Of a stretch of 64,000 nt of DNA, positions 25,841 to 39,627 are shown piece after piece. The stretch's first letter is position 1. The number at the start of each line of letters is the position of its first letter. The notes below the pieces were generated by a model. That model worked only from the letters and a program-made list of their open reading frames with translations, was not told where the DNA came from and made no database searches. The DNA lies in assembly GCA_023920165.1 (NCBI GenBank), contig CP089275.1:1674001-1738000 (forward strand), given 5' to 3'. The position numbers and the translations under genes are program-made. The stretch is from Curvularia clavata (lineage: Eukaryota).

Positions 25841-27926
25841 CTAAGGACTGTCGTAGTCGTTGAAAATCTCTTCTGGGTCTTCTGGTGGAAGCATGTCGAT
25901 AGTGTCGCTGGTACGAGGACCGGTGTACTTCTTCCTTGCTCCGGCATACCACCATACAGTACTGAACAAGGCGATAAAAGCAGCGACGCAGATGGCGTAA
26001 TTCATGTTGTCTACGCGGACTGGGCGCACTGTCGGGAAGAAGAGGACCACACTGATGAAGATGACCCATGTGACGGCAATGGCATTGACTGGCTTGCTCC
26101 ATCGGCCCATGGAGTAGGGTCCAGGATGGAAAACAACAGAGCCTTCATACCAGCGGTGAGCAATGATGACAGCAATGTAGCTGATGTCCAAGGCGGGTGC
26201 GGTGATGTTGAAAATGGCCGTGATGGTTAGGGTGCTTCCAATACCGATCAGGTCGAGGCAGGTGCAGAAGACGACAACGAGCCATACGGCGTTAACGGGT
26301 GTATGCGTCCGCTCATTAACCTTGCTCCAGAAGCTAAACACAAAAGAGAACATTGTAAGCTTCTAATCAACCATACAGCGTCTAGACAAGGAAACTTACT
26401 CCGAGAAGGGAAAAGCTGCATCGCGGGCAAAGGCCCAGGCCATTCGCGCATTGGCCAGCATGGCAGAGCATCCGGTGAAGAACTGGACCAGCATGACAAA
26501 AAACCACATGATGGTTCCACCGGTTTTGCCACCGGCGTTGAAGAAAATCTGCGCGACAGGAAGTCCAGTCGGTGTGGCCATGATGGCATCGTAGTCTGAC
26601 ATGCAAAAGCAAAAGGTAACGGTTAGCATCCAGCCAACGACGCCAGATACTAGGATAGCGGCTCGAATCGCCACGGGACCGCGAATGGCAGCATCGTGCG
26701 TCTCTTCGGACATGCTGTACACGTATTGATTAGCATGGCTGACATGCGCAAGGCTGGTAGGGCTGACTTACTGCGTCGTGCCGTCGTAGTCGGTCATGGT
26801 CCATGCAACCGAAAGGAATCTACGCATAGTTAGCAATTTGCAATTTTTTTTCATCATTGTCGCCCGTCTTCCTTGGTACGAACCCTAAGAGAAATGAAAA
26901 GCCCTGGCTGCCCCATCCCGAGCCGTCCATGACGGTGGTAAAGACCCATTTCGGGGTCTGCTTGTTCGGGGTGAGGATGAGGAGAGCGATGCAGATGCAG
27001 ATGGATGCAATAACTGCTTACTGTCAGATTGTACCCCGCAAGGCGACCGAATGTGTAAACCCCGACTTACTGTTGATGGGTGCGAACCACAGAATGATGC
27101 GATGCAGCCAATTCGTGGGGAAGGAGCAGATTGTGCCAAACATGCAGAGCACAAAGATGGCGAGGAGCACCGTCTGGTAAGCTTTCCTGCATTGATCGGT
27201 AAGTTGCTGTACGTCGCCTAGAATAGCGTGTTGCCCTTACGGTTCAAAGGTTGGCCCCGCAGTATCCAGTGTGTGCATGACGGCCGTCGCGAGTATCATC
27301 TGAGAGATCGTGTACGCCAGACTGGCCACACCAGCGGCTTGGCCTAAAAAGTTGCACCATCCGATGATCCACGACCAAGCGGCAACGTGTTGAGGCGGCA
27401 CAACGTGTTTTGTGACATAGTACATTCCTCCAGCAGTCGGATATGCTGAGACCAGCTCGGCAACTAAGTGGGTTGTTAGTTAAAGTGGTGCAAAGATGGG
27501 ATGGAGCCAAGTGTACCTGAGCTGGCTATACAGTAGGCCATGATGCTACCAATGAACCAGGCCCAAACTGCGGTTGCTGGGCCTCCTGAAGACATTGGAG
27601 CACCAAAGGTAGCGGGCACTGAACCCAGCACACCGAGAATGGAGATGGCATATGAGACCGTTGACCATCTTGAGAAATGCCTCTGAAGGACCTGCCAGCT
27701 ATGTGAGCGGAAGTTTGTACCAGCACATCCACGTAGTACTTACAGGAGCATATCCAATGCGCACAAGTAGACGGTCGTCGTCGTCTGCGATGGTCGCCAT
27801 GGAGGGAAGCTGATTGTTTTTCCCTGCCTCTGTTGCTTTGGACTGGCCTGTGATGGTGGGTTGGAGTGCTTTGCCGTCTGCAGGCTGGGCACCTTGTCCT
27901 CTGGATTGTAGTTCTGGAATGCCCAT
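25841..27926 (-). CDS. APC-family amino acid/GABA-polyamine permease (Uga4/Tpo5-like), about 8 exons
   Basis: DDRLLVRIGY...RHFSRWSTVSYAISILGVLGSVP, ELVSAYPTAGGMYY, WTMTDYDGTTHMSEET, RMAWAFARDAAFPFS and HTPVNAVW, with many TM segments and canonical introns. The start codon is uncertain (27926 or 27800). Confidence 0.93.
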
Positions 27927-29339
27927 GGTCAATGACACATCAACAAATGAACATGAGATTGGTGAAAAGAGATGAAGGACAGCTCAGTGAAAGGAAGCGT
28001 AGAAGGGATTTAGAAGGTGTAAAAGACGTTAGTGGGTCTCGCTGGCGGAGACACACTAGGAAGATTGACAGCACTGGCGTAGGCCCACACCGGCCGCGGT
28101 ACCAGAAAGTCTATTGCTAGATAGGGTAGGGATATGGGGGTCGGGGAGTGAAGGGAGGCACGGGGAGGCGAGTAGTGGGTTTTATCGTGGGCTAGCTTCG
28201 CAAAGGGCCAACCCTGCCGACACCAAGGCCATGGCTCTCGAGTGGTATCATGATGCGAGAAGGAACCTACCGTTTAAGCCAGTAATTTCAGATGCGTTGA
28301 CATGATGACACGTGCCGAGTATGTATGCTGCACAGTTGCTCTCGAGGAAGGTGTGAGCGTTGAAAAAAAGGCAAGTAAGCCAGTGGGTCAGCAAGGAGTC
28401 GGAGTTGAGCGAATGAAGTACTATCAGCCTCGAATTTCCCTGTGCCTGTGTGCGTAAATGTGGCTATTTTTCTGCCAGCCAGGGCCCCGGCAGATGCTAG
28501 TCGCGACGAAGCGATCGTGGATGTGCGGTACTGTCATTTGCGCAGGGTACAAAGACTGGTGCCGGACGTTTGAAAGGAGGAGCGTGCACGAGGAAATGCT
28601 ACTGCTTCGGCGACCCAGTGTGGCGGGCCGTTTAACTTGCATTTGTGCGACTGGGGTCTGCTTCAGCCCTGGGAGCAATCTATCAAGATCCTTTGGTCGT
28701 AAATCAGCCATGGAAACCTGCCTGTTGGTTGAGGGTGTTGCTCGTGCCCGTTGATTGGCTTCCTCCTTGACAGCGAGTCGATTGCTGTCACGACCACGTC
28801 CTGGTACTGTATGTGTGTACACGGCACAATACGACACGACACGACGCACAACAAGCATCTTTCGTCGCGTATCCGGGAGCGCTTACTATTCAACGACTCG
28901 GCCAGAAGCTTGCCGCGATCCAATGCTGTCTTCAGAAGCTATGACGCATGCAAATGAAGCTACGCCTTGCTTTGCCCGCGAGGCTCTAAAGCGGTACGAC
29001 TCGGGCCACCACTACGGTTGGCCTGCAACCGATTCCCCCTTGACAGTTCGGAACAAACCTTCAACCAGGCGGTGAGACCCGAGAGGCCTATTGGCCCCCG
29101 CGGCTATTATGATACCATGCTTCATGGCCGAGGACGGGGGGGCGCTTGTTTGTGAATCTGATATTCGAATTTTGAATGCTGGAATTACATACGTGCGTAT
29201 CTCTATCCTCGTTCGGCATCATTGTTACCCGGTTCTTACAATTATCGATTAAGATTCCGTTAGTGAGCCAGTAGGATGCGTTTTATGAAGACGCCGTTCG
29301 GGCTACAGCAACACTTCTTCCTTCTTCTCGTCACCATAG

Positions 29340-30750
29340 CCATCATCATCAGATCATCGCAAAGTCCCACGCGGCAAAGACCTTCCTGGTCAAGTAGCGT
29401 AAGCGACCCATGCCCGCAATGGGGCGTAACACGTGCGACTGGCCTGTAATAGCCAGTGCACCTGCAACACGGGCTCGCGTGAAGGCCCATGTACCGGACT
29501 TTGCTTCTTGCTTACCATTGCGCCGGTCCTGAAGTCTGTGTCCCACGTCACCAATACTGCAAAAGAATACCCGTTTTGGTGCCTTAAGGCGCGCCGCAAC
29601 ACAGTCGCGGTGCATTCATCTTAGGCGCAGTAGCGCGCCCGTCTCCGAATCCGCAGGCCTTACTTTACATATGTACGGTGAGCGATCCTCCGAAGCGGCG
29701 CCTAGCCAGTATGCACATGTCCAGCTGATCAGAGATTGCCCTTGTCGTCCATGATGCCCAGACAAGGAGCAAGTCCTGGGCTACTTACAGCACACATTTT
29801 TCGTAGCTGGCAGAAGCCGAAAGAGCGGTGGAAGGGGTTGCGGCCATGCATCCGTGAAATTACTCGCACGCGGCCGCCCTATTCGACAGAGTTCGCTTGA
29901 CCCGAGATTCAGCTAGAAAAATACAGCCGTTGACCGAAGGCTGGAAAAGAGATTCAGATCCTACTACGTAACACTTTGGATCCAATCGCTCACGGATATC
30001 ACGGAAGTCGATGCTGTCCCCATGGCAATGAGTTACTCGCCGAGCCAACGCCTGCAGCAGTTCCTCGGGCAAAACAAAGTCCAGGGTACCAGCCATCGTC
30101 ATCCTAATCTGTCATGTTAGCCTACGCCAATGTTCGGTACTGACTGGCGCTGATGCGAGTTAGGGAGGGAGAGCCGAATTTTAGTCGCCCCACTGTGGGC
30201 ATCATCGCATGGGATGACCTAGTTGCAGCAAAAGTCCTCGGTAGCGTCCCTGTCATTCACATCATCTTGACCGCGATTCTTCGCTACGGAGTACTCTCAG
30301 GTCAACTACGCAATGTCTTTTTTTTTCTTTGCCTATGATGGTCAAAGCCACTGGAATGGAGTGTCATAGCGTCGAGCACCACGCCCCATCCACACAACTC
30401 TTTCCCTCTGTCCGGGACCATATGCTGACTCGCCATACTTTCGTGAACTGATCTGAGCTTCGTGTTCCAGAAGATACCTCAGGCACTCGGCCGTTTCAAA
30501 ATGGCGCCGAAACCATGTGCGGACCCGTCCGCTAGGGCCGACGATCAGCGTGGCATTTGTGGCGCGCTGCCCAATAACCGCTTTACTACAGAGTACCTCC
30601 ATGCCGTCTTCCATATTTATTACATATTCATGCTGGGCTTGCAGGTTTTCTTGACAGGTCTGGGGTGATTGGATAGTGGCACCGCTTCTGCATACCTCCA
30701 GATAGCACAAGTCTAGCTTGATAGGTACGGCAATGACGTCCGTTTCCATT
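29340..30750 (-). pseudogene. Decayed ankyrin-repeat gene
   Basis: Ankyrin-like fragments in different frames, separated by stops and frameshifts: ECLRYLLEHEAQISSRKYGESA, HGRNPFH, MDDKGN, HRDCVAARLKA, AITGQSHVLR...KVFAAWDFA. Confidence 0.4.
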
Positions 30751-31359
30751 GAAGCTTGCTAGTGCGCCCATGCATATACTCGATTGGTCACAATCGCCAG
30801 GCGATTATTCCACCGTTTACCAATGAAGAAATAGACTACGGATCCGAGTGTATCAGCCTTCCGTCCGCAGTTCAACAATATGTAGGAGGAATCCTCCTCA
30901 GAACGAGTGGGGTTACGGGAAAAAGCAAAATATCCAAGCCACGTACAAGTAGGTACCAACCGATAATACAGGGATAGATCAGATAAGGGAAAAGAGCACC
31001 AGTAATGTAACACAAAAGATGATGTATGCATACATTTCCTATTTAGTGATCCATGCATAAAGCGAAACAAGAAAGCTACTGTATACTTCAAGTCTCCGAA
31101 GATCAGGATCAACACACTTTCTCATCCGTACAAAAAGAAAGAAAGGAGATTGAAAAAGGAAAAAAGGTCCGATTTTTATCATTCCTCCTCCACCGTGCTG
31201 ATCATCCACTAGTCATCAATACAAGCCTCTTTTGCGCTGCACAGAGACACCCCTCCTCCCTCTCAAGACCGCGAGTAATCCGCCTTGCAGGCCAAGCAAT
31301 TCCGTTCAAGTGTGTCGAATAAACTGCCACAAAACACACAGGGGTAAAACACAAAGAAA

Positions 31360-31950
31360 TCAAACATCTCCGTCCCCCACATGCCTAACCATATACCCCG
31401 CCTCCATCTCCGCCGCAGGGAAAAACTCAAGTGGATCAACCACGCCTCCATAAAAACAACAAGGCGACCTATCCTTGCCCGCTACGTGTTTATGTGTTAC
31501 CACCCCGTCTCCATCATAATCCTGTGAAGTAACCTTTCCTTTCCCTTTCCACGCTACCACATATATCACAGGTAGGTGTAAAACCTTCAGCAGTGCCAAG
31601 TACGGGATATCCGGAAAAAAACATCTGTTATGACTCTAACTCAATTTGGTATGCTTTTTGGAGCTCGTATCTATGTATCCAGCTTGTGTATGTGTGCATG
31701 CGGTGCATGCGTGTGTCTGGGATGAGTGATCCGCGGACAAGATGGAGGCGGTCAGGTGAATAGAGAGATGTTGTTGTGGCGGTTGTGGAGAGCGTATGTT
31801 TGGGGTTAGGAGTGCGAAGGAGGGTATTTCCCAGCGGAAAGGGCGGTAGAGCAAGAAAGGTGTGATGGGTTGTGGTGATGGGGCGCTGGATGCGAGTGGT
31901 TTTACGGTATATTTTGGGATTGAGGTCGTGGAGGGATGGGGGATAGTGTC
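31360..31950 (-). pseudogene. Frameshifted remnant of an F-box-like ('FLxLPxEIRxxIY') fungal protein
   Basis: TFLALPP (31861-31841) continues after a frameshift as FRWEIPSFALL. Further broken ORFs follow down to 31360. Confidence 0.3.
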
Positions 31951-32109
31951 ACGAGGGAGAGGGGGATGATAGGTATAGGTGAAGTATGTACACTCCTGAC
32001 GAAGCGAAAATATTTACAAATTGAAATATATACAGTCAAGCCTCTCTCCTACCCCTTCCCCTTCTTCCTTCTCTAACCTCTCAAGTCAAAGACGCACTCA
32101 CCTACTCAT

Positions 32110-33018
32110 CTAGCAGGTGAACTTCTTAGGTCCAGGAATAGTATAAGGTTGAGCTGTACACGCATACACATTAGCACATCTTCTCAACCGCCATTCCACA
32201 ACCATCCCTCAAGGTAGGATAGGAAAAGAGAAAACAACATACCAATATAAGCGTTGTACGTAATGCCAGGATCAGATCCCTTGTACGCACCAGGGAAGCT
32301 GACCAAGTCAGTCGGCTTGGTGCTTCCTCCACCGGTGACCTTGAGCTGATGGCAACCGGGGTAGAACTGAGCGCCGGGGTACGTAGAAGCCGCGTGCAGG
32401 GCAACGACTTCATGGCGAACGAGATAGTAGCCCGCGGCGATGCACTTGGGAATGGTGTACGTAAGGAAGCCGCCGGCCTTTTTAATGGGGTCTGATCCCC
32501 AAGCGCTGCTCGTGCCTTGGCGGCCGTCTTCTTGGACTTTGAACCATACGGCGCTGTAGGTAGGTGATTTGTATTAGCATTGTGATGAACAATTGGTAGC
32601 AGTAGTTGAGGTCTTGGAAGAAGTACACGTACTTAGACTCTGGCATGTACTTATCACACCCAGTATCAGGACATCTAGCCATGTACGTAATTGACGGGCC
32701 AACGTGGCTGTCAGGCCAGAGCGTCCAGTAGAGCTTGACTTCGGTGCCAGCTGCGACTTCGGCGTGCAGAGCAGCTGGCGAAGATCCCTTGACGCCGCCC
32801 TCAGTGTAGCCACCGCATTGGATGTCAGTGAGAGTTACATCCTGGACTGGTCCGTTGCCCTGGATGGGGCGCGAGATGCGCTTTACGCCACCGCTGACGT
32901 ATGGGTCTTGGTATGGCTGGTAGAAGGTGTAGTCTTTGCCACCAATAGTCGCGTTGTTCACGTAGCCGTGAGCTGCGACGGCCGTGGCAAAGGCAAGTGT
33001 GGATCCGAGGTACTTCAT
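32110..33018 (-). CDS. AA9 (GH61) lytic polysaccharide monooxygenase, secreted, no CBM, 3 exons
   Basis: Signal peptide followed by His1 (AVAA|HGYV), then SHVGP, VWFKV, YLVRHEVVALH, AQFYPGC, FPGAY...DPGI and YTIPGPKKFTC*. Confidence 0.97.
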
Positions 33019-34543
33019 TGTTGATTGACGTTGATATTTGATGCTCAGTCAATAGGGGGGGATGGAGAACAAAGGCAAATTGCGATACTGCGGTACGAGT
33101 GTGGTCAAAAGCGAGCTGAATATAAGACAGTCGAGAAAGAGTGAATGCAGCCACACGTATTCGGTACAGAGTAACCTGGGTGCCGGAATAGATTGCAAGC
33201 GGCTGCGGCTTCTTATAGTACCTATGTCTCGGTGCTAATTCCTCCACGATACAACGCACTGCTGTGCATCATGAATACATAAGCCTCCTAAAACTTGCCT
33301 TAGCTATGCATACCGAATAGTGCTCACGAGTGAGACGTTGTAGATTAAATTCCGCGCGCTAGGGACACAGGATGTTGAGCAGTTCAACACTTTCCCTGTT
33401 TGGGTCCAAAGCCAGTGTGTGAAGAAGCCGTCATCCCGGTGGAGGATTTCTCGGAACAAGGCTGGAAGCGAGATAAGGACAACTCTACTGGTGGGATGCT
33501 TCTGGTAGATGCAACTTGGCGTGAGTGTCAGGTACAATCCACTGAATACCTTCGCCAAAGAAACCTGGACTGGATAAAAATCGAAAGAAAAAGGGATCAA
33601 AGCGGAGCTTCAACATCCTGCAATAACGATTAAAAAGCCTCTTCTACTCCAAACCATGATTGGTGGTAATAACGCCTTTGTTTGGTATCGTTGTCTCGGA
33701 TTGAACACTCGCACGTGATCTCTACCTGTCGGTACCCAGGGGGAGGAGAAACCTGCACCATCGGAGAAATTAATAAAGCCTTCATATAGACATGGCCGGG
33801 TTGTCGGTCCAGACGAGTGTGTCACGACAGCCACGAGGGGCTGCGGTCGCCTCGATATCAAGCTTCTGCAGATTGATTGGTATGCGGCCCGAGGCGTGGA
33901 GAAGAGGAATGACGCATGTGTGAGTGGTTTAGATTGCAGTGCACTAGGCGAGGTCTTGGCTCTCGCAGTCGAGAGCGAAACAAAAGACGATTTCGAAGCA
34001 TGTTGGTCTAGAGGCGGTAATGCACAATTAGATATGGTAAGGCGTACAGTATGGCTTTGCATATTTGTTCTCGCCATGCATTTCGGTTTTGCTGCTGCTG
34101 GAGCGAGAAATGACGTCAAAGTACTTCATCAGTTGTTTTTTCAAAGTCAAACGGTTATGGTGTTTGAGAATAACATAAGCATGTCTCAGACAGCCGTACC
34201 TGGCAGGTGGACCATCACATGTTTTACAGTCTCCACTGACCAAGCAGAACAAAAGACAATACTTGAGTTAGTGCTCACGCTAGACAATGCCATGCAGCGT
34301 CGGCAGCTGCTGGGCGCCTATATAGCGTGTTGGCAAAGCCGTCGGATGTTCCTTGTACTTGGGCGTAATCGATCGAACATTGGAAGAACCCGTTAGAGCT
34401 CTGGGAATCGATATTAACACAGCTGCATGGAAATAGCCTGCAACCCGTCCATAAACTCCTGGCTACAATTGGAAATGTAAGGTTTTTCCAAAACCATGCC
34501 TTGAGCTCCGAGAATATCACGACCCAACCGTCCTTTTCGTCCT

Positions 34544-35445
34544 CTAATATCCAGTTGCGCCAGGCGCCTTTTCGTCCTTCTTCAGACTGAGTAGCAGCTC
34601 CCTGAACCGGGCCTTATCGCTACCTGAAGCACCACCCTTGGTACCCTTTCCACTGAGATCAACCAGCTTGGCAATGCGCTCCCAGCTGGTACCGCCTGCA
34701 GTGGTATCGTCTCGGTTGGCAAGGAACTCTTCTGCCTCTTTCCGTGTCTTGGCAATCTCCTTCTCCTTCTTGTTGTTGTAGTTCTCATAGAAATCGTCAA
34801 TGTTTTGCTGTGCCTCCTTGATAGTCTGTTGCTTGCGCTCGTTGGCTACTTCTTCGCGGTGTTGGATCTGAAGGTCGCGGCGCTCGCGCCACTCACGAAT
34901 GACGTCGGGCTCTGGCGAGTCTGACCGCTGGGGTGTGAATGAGGGAGCCGGTTGGCCAGGGAGGAAGGGCAGGGTTGATCCGGTGATGGTGCCGCCAGGG
35001 GCCATGTGCTGCTGTCATAAGCACAGTGCTCACTCAAGAAGGATGTTTTGGCAACACGTGTTACTAGCGACGACTATCGCGCATTGCTTACCTCGTTGGT
35101 AGTGTCAATGGCAGGGAAAGAACTCTCAAAGCCGCTCATTTCCTGGCCACCAGTCTGAGCCTGGCTGAAGCCTCCGCCCAAAAGGTCATCGTCTCCATCC
35201 TCAACTGTGGCCACCCGGTCGTTTTCTGAAGCAAACTGATCCGCATCGTCGCCGAGGAGAGCGCGTTCACGAGAGAGAAAGTCGTCGGCATCGGCAGCGT
35301 CGCCCACAAGGTCGAAATTTGTTGAATCACCACGCGCTTCGGTCTGGCCTGGAGATATTGAGTACAGTTGCGGAGCAGCTTCGGGGGTTCAATGGCTGAG
35401 CTCACCAGCGTCGATCTCGTCTAACGAAGGAAATCGGTCGGCCAT
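34544..35445 (-). CDS. CLC1: Clathrin light chain, 3 exons
   Basis: MADRFPSLDEIDAG, DFLSRERALLGDDA, FESSFPAI, EPDVIREWRERR, IDDFYENYN, SWERIAKLVD and LKKDEKAPGA. Confidence 0.96.
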
Positions 35446-35862
35446 TGTGGATGTGCAGTGTGCGGCGAGTATGTGTCAGGGCGGCGGCGATGAGATTGGC
35501 GGCGATTGATTGCTTCCAAGTGTCTTGTTGTGGAGTTGAGCATTGCTGCCGTCACCACGGCCAGGAGCTGGCTTGGCACGCGCCCAGACACGTTTAGCCC
35601 CCATAGCTGTTAGCGTCCCCGAGCTCTCCATTACCTTCTACAGGCCCTCTTCGTTTGCATTTCTCCATCTAACCGCTCCTCATCGCTGTGGTCACAGGCA
35701 CTGGAAAACTCCACCTTGCAAAACTAGGAGAATCATCATCATCATCATCGCCAAAATCGCGTCCTGCTGAATCTGTCTGTGTTGCCACGAGTGACTTGTG
35801 TGCTCGGTCGCGTGCGAGCCTCTCTCAGTAGCTGCAACAATTTATTCGTGAAGACATTAAGC

Positions 35863-37353
35863 ATGGCCTTTACTGAGGACAGCCTCAAGGCGAAGCTCTC
35901 GTCGCTCAACGAGACCCAAGACGCCATTTCGACAGTTGGTCAATGGATCCTCTTCCACAGGTAAAGCTTCACATGTTTGCGGGCATTGCATTGCGACATT
36001 GGTGCAGACATCATATATACCCAACTGCATCCTTCAACGTACACAACCCGCATGCGTGCGCGTCCATCGCACCTGCAAGGCTAGAAACTAGAAGCTAACA
36101 AGCATCTTTGTAGACGACATGCCGAGCGTATCGCCGCCGTATGGCTTCAGCGCATGAAGGAGTCGACGCCAAACAAGAAGTTGGTGTTGATCTATCTCGC
36201 CAATGAAATCACCCAGACTTCCAAGATGCGCAAGAAGGAGGAGTTCCTCAAAGCATACGAGCCTATCCTTGCCGAAGCAACCACCGTCGCCTACAAGGGT
36301 TCGCCCCACGAGATACAGAACAAGATCCGGAGGGTAGTCGAGGTTTGGCGCCAGCGATCCATCTTCAACCCGGCCGTACAACAAGCCATCGAAAGGTCGA
36401 TTGACGAGATAGATCGCACCAAATCTACGCGGAAGCCTGCTCTCGGTGGATCGCTCTTCTCCAGCTCAGCTATTCCGCCGGAACTCTCTTCAGTCGCGCC
36501 TCTTGCAACCTCCCTCCAGAAGGCGGATCTTGCGACCAAGCCCGCTGTTACCGCCGCGAATCAGGACTATGAGAAACTTACAAACCCAAACGCTGCCATC
36601 CCTTCTCCGCCCATGCATGCGGCAGGTCTCGCTGCCCTTTGCAAGAAGCTAGCGCTGGCCGAAGGTGCTGTCGCAGAGAGTATCAAGGCGCGAAACGCTC
36701 TCATTGCCGGTCTGGAGCAGCTCCTTGAGACAAACAAGACAAAACTTGAACAAGAGGAGGCACAAGCTGCGGATTTGAAGACCCGCAAGGAGGCCATAGA
36801 AAGCCGGAGGCGGGAGGTTGAGGAGGCTATCCTGAAGGGCTTGTCAGCTGCCGAGCAGAACAAAATCTCAACTGCGCCTCTGCCCGTCGCCAGTACTTCA
36901 CCCTCAACTGCGACATTCCCCACTGGACAAGGACGGCCTGAGGTTGAAGAACTTACTCCCCCGCCAATGGAATCTTTCACACCTACGGGATCTCCTCAGC
37001 AAAAGCCAGCGCCTACAAACGACCCAGTGCCCGACATTGGTGACGATGTCATGCCTGAACCTGCTGCCCACCCTGTTGTACCAGAGGCGGCGCCTGCACC
37101 TGGCCACCACACCACGCAGCCTGATTTTGCGACCACAATGGGCGAGCCAAATCAGCACGTCGCCGCTGATCTTCTTAAGAGCCTGCAACACGCTCGACCG
37201 GGCGCAGACGGTGCTGCGTACGGACACCAGGCCTACGAAAATGCGCACAAGAAGCGGAAGATGAGCAGGAATGCGGCCGACGATGATTTTGCGGCTTTTG
37301 CAGGCGACAGGGATATGGCTGGTATTGACGATAACTTTGCTGAACTGATTTGA
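35863..37353 (+). CDS. RTT103: CID-domain RNA polymerase II CTD-binding protein (Rtt103-like), 2 exons
   Basis: MAFTEDSLKAKLSSLNETQDAISTVGQWILFHR-RHAERIA...KKLVLIYLANEI...RRVVEVWRQRSIF. Intron about 35961-36113. Divergent from CLC1. Confidence 0.88.
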
Positions 37354-37887
37354 TTGGAGTTTTGTTTGGTCGATAGTCATACGTGGAATCGGATGAGTAA
37401 AAGAAAAATTCTTGTTCTGGTCAGGCTTGCTTCGTCGGCAGGGGTTTACATGCTTGTATATCTATTTGATTTGGGAATCGGTGCACAGTAGTATACCGTT
37501 GCCGTGTCGTCGGTTCTAACACTCCGGTTTGTTTTCTCTTTTTCTCAAGGCGCACAGTAATTAGCAAGACGGGGACCGGACAGGTCATTCGGAAGTAAAC
37601 AAGGGATGTGAAATGTATTGTATATCAAAATTATGACTTCTTTACCCCTTCTTTCCTTCTTGTCATGTGGAAGAAACACTGGTGTATTCGTGGATTCAAA
37701 CAGCAAATGTCAAACGAAACGTAATGTACAAATTACATTAAGATTCTCTGCCATCAACCAATAATACCCATTGACACTTTGATGGCCCTCATTTTTTTTA
37801 TCAATGTACAACCCAAAAGGAAAGTAAAGAAATACCACAGAGAAGGAAATGAAGATAATGAGACGAAGAAAATCGAAAGTGATATCC

Positions 37888-39485
37888 TCACTCCTTCGCA
37901 CTCGGCATAGCCCGATTCTTCTCAATCTCGCTCATGACGCGCTGGCCCTCCTCAGTCGTAGCATCAATAACGCCCTCTTCTAAACTCAACATACCGCCCT
38001 GACCCAGCTTCTCCACCACCTCCTCCGCCTCATCAACACTCATCTTGGCCAGTACCTTGTTCACTTCATCCAACTTGCCGCTCTCAAGTGCACGCTGCAA
38101 GCCTGGTGGGAACGACTCGAAAATCTGCCTTGCCTGCACCTCGGCCTCTCTTTCTTGGGGATCCGTTGCAGTCGGCTCCTTTGGCGGGACAGAAATGTTG
38201 ATTTGAGTATTGGGGTCTACGGCGTGAAGTTGGATCTGTTCGACGCCTGCGCCTTCGCCCTGAGGATTCTCGGCGCGCTCCTTGAGGATCTCGGCTGCGC
38301 GCGTCTTGATGCGGTGGTATGTTGAGTCGACATCGTCGTTGAACATTTTGCCGGCCTGGTGGTCTTTTGTTTGGATGCGCTTGAAGAAGAGCTCGACGCC
38401 TTGTCTTCCGCCCAGTTGGCGGCAATATTGTAGCAGCAGGCCTTGGTGTACGCATTGCCTTGCGTGCTTGGGCTTGCCGTCGAGTTCGGAGTTGAAGGCC
38501 TCAACAAGAAGACCGTCAGTCTCCTTCTCCGATAGAATTTCTGGATGCTCCATGAGGAATTGCAGACAAGCGTACCAGTCGCCTGCTTTTATCTTGGCAA
38601 AGGATTGTGCGAGAGGAGAAGCGGTGATGTCGTCTTCATTGTCTCCAGTCGCAATGGTTCCTTCTTCTATATCTGCATCTGCACCAGAAGACTGGCCTGT
38701 ATCTGATCGTGTGGCGCCCGGTCGCTGAGGATTGTTGAGTAGCTCAACTGTAGTTTCCTTCTTCGCAACTGTTGACGACGACGCTGCCTTCTTCTTATCG
38801 TCCTCGGCCTTCTTGACATTGGAGTAATTGAAGCCTTCGTGAAGGTCGTCGCTAGTGATGTGCCTCTTCTCCTCCTTCTCCAACTCCGCCAACTTTGCGA
38901 GCAATTGACTCTGAAGGTCCTGTATCCGCTCCTTTTCTTTCTCCAAGCCTCTGATAAACAGGGTGTATCTTGGCTCCTCACTCTTTTGCTCGTCAATATC
39001 CTTCTTCACTGCATCTACAAGACTCGCCATCATCTGTGGGTATGTAGGCTTGTCCTTGATATGCTCATGAACACCCTCGGGAGGTGTTGGTGGCCTGTCT
39101 GCGCCGCCATCTTTGCCAGTACTCATGTCCATCATGCTCTCCATCATGGCCTGGAAAACAAGCTGGTCGTCGCTTGCGCCGCTGCCCTCTGCCTGCTTGT
39201 CCTTGTGCGACTTGAGCGCGGTGAGAAGGCGATCGACGCGCTCTGTGAGGCCATCGTTGATGATGCGCTCGTACTTTAGTGTTTTTATCTGGTGTCGGCG
39301 TTGTTCGCGCTCTTGGTGAATCTGGGCTTGTTTCGCGCGGATAAACGACTTCTTGTCGACATTGGGGTGCACTTCGATGTCGCTGTCGTCAGAGAGCTCG
39401 AGGGCGTCCTTGCAGAGAGTTAGGATCTGTTGTGACAGCGCAGGAACTACGCGGCACTTACCCACTTGCTGTAGTTGATCACCAT
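37888..39485 (-). CDS. CDC37: Hsp90 co-chaperone Cdc37, 2 exons
   Basis: MVINYSKW|DALELSDDSDIEVHPNVDKKSFIRAKQ, including the conserved CK2-site Ser region, plus VHQGLLLQYC and IFESFPPGLQRALESGKLDEVNKVL. Confidence 0.97.
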
Positions 39486-39604
39486 TGTGGATAATTTGGT
39501 TCGCGTTCTACAGTGCCGTGTTTGTTGTTGTGGTTCGAAGCTGGACTTTGTTTGGGAGTGCGGGGTGATTGAAGTGGGATGTCGCGGTCGGACCACAGCT
39601 CGTC

Positions 39605-39627
39605 ATCGAGAATGTTCGACAAACTTC
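39605..39627. promoter_or_regulatory. Heat-shock element (HSE) upstream of CDC37
   Basis: Five phased inverted 5-bp units aTC-ga-GAA-tg-TTC-ga-cAA-ac-TTC (3 perfect, 2 with one mismatch), 120-142 bp upstream of a chaperone ATG. Confidence 0.6.

Noticed and set aside
33400..34400. Protein-looking short ORFs between the LPMO and CLC1
   Set aside because: I could not assign a family or build a consistent spliced model.
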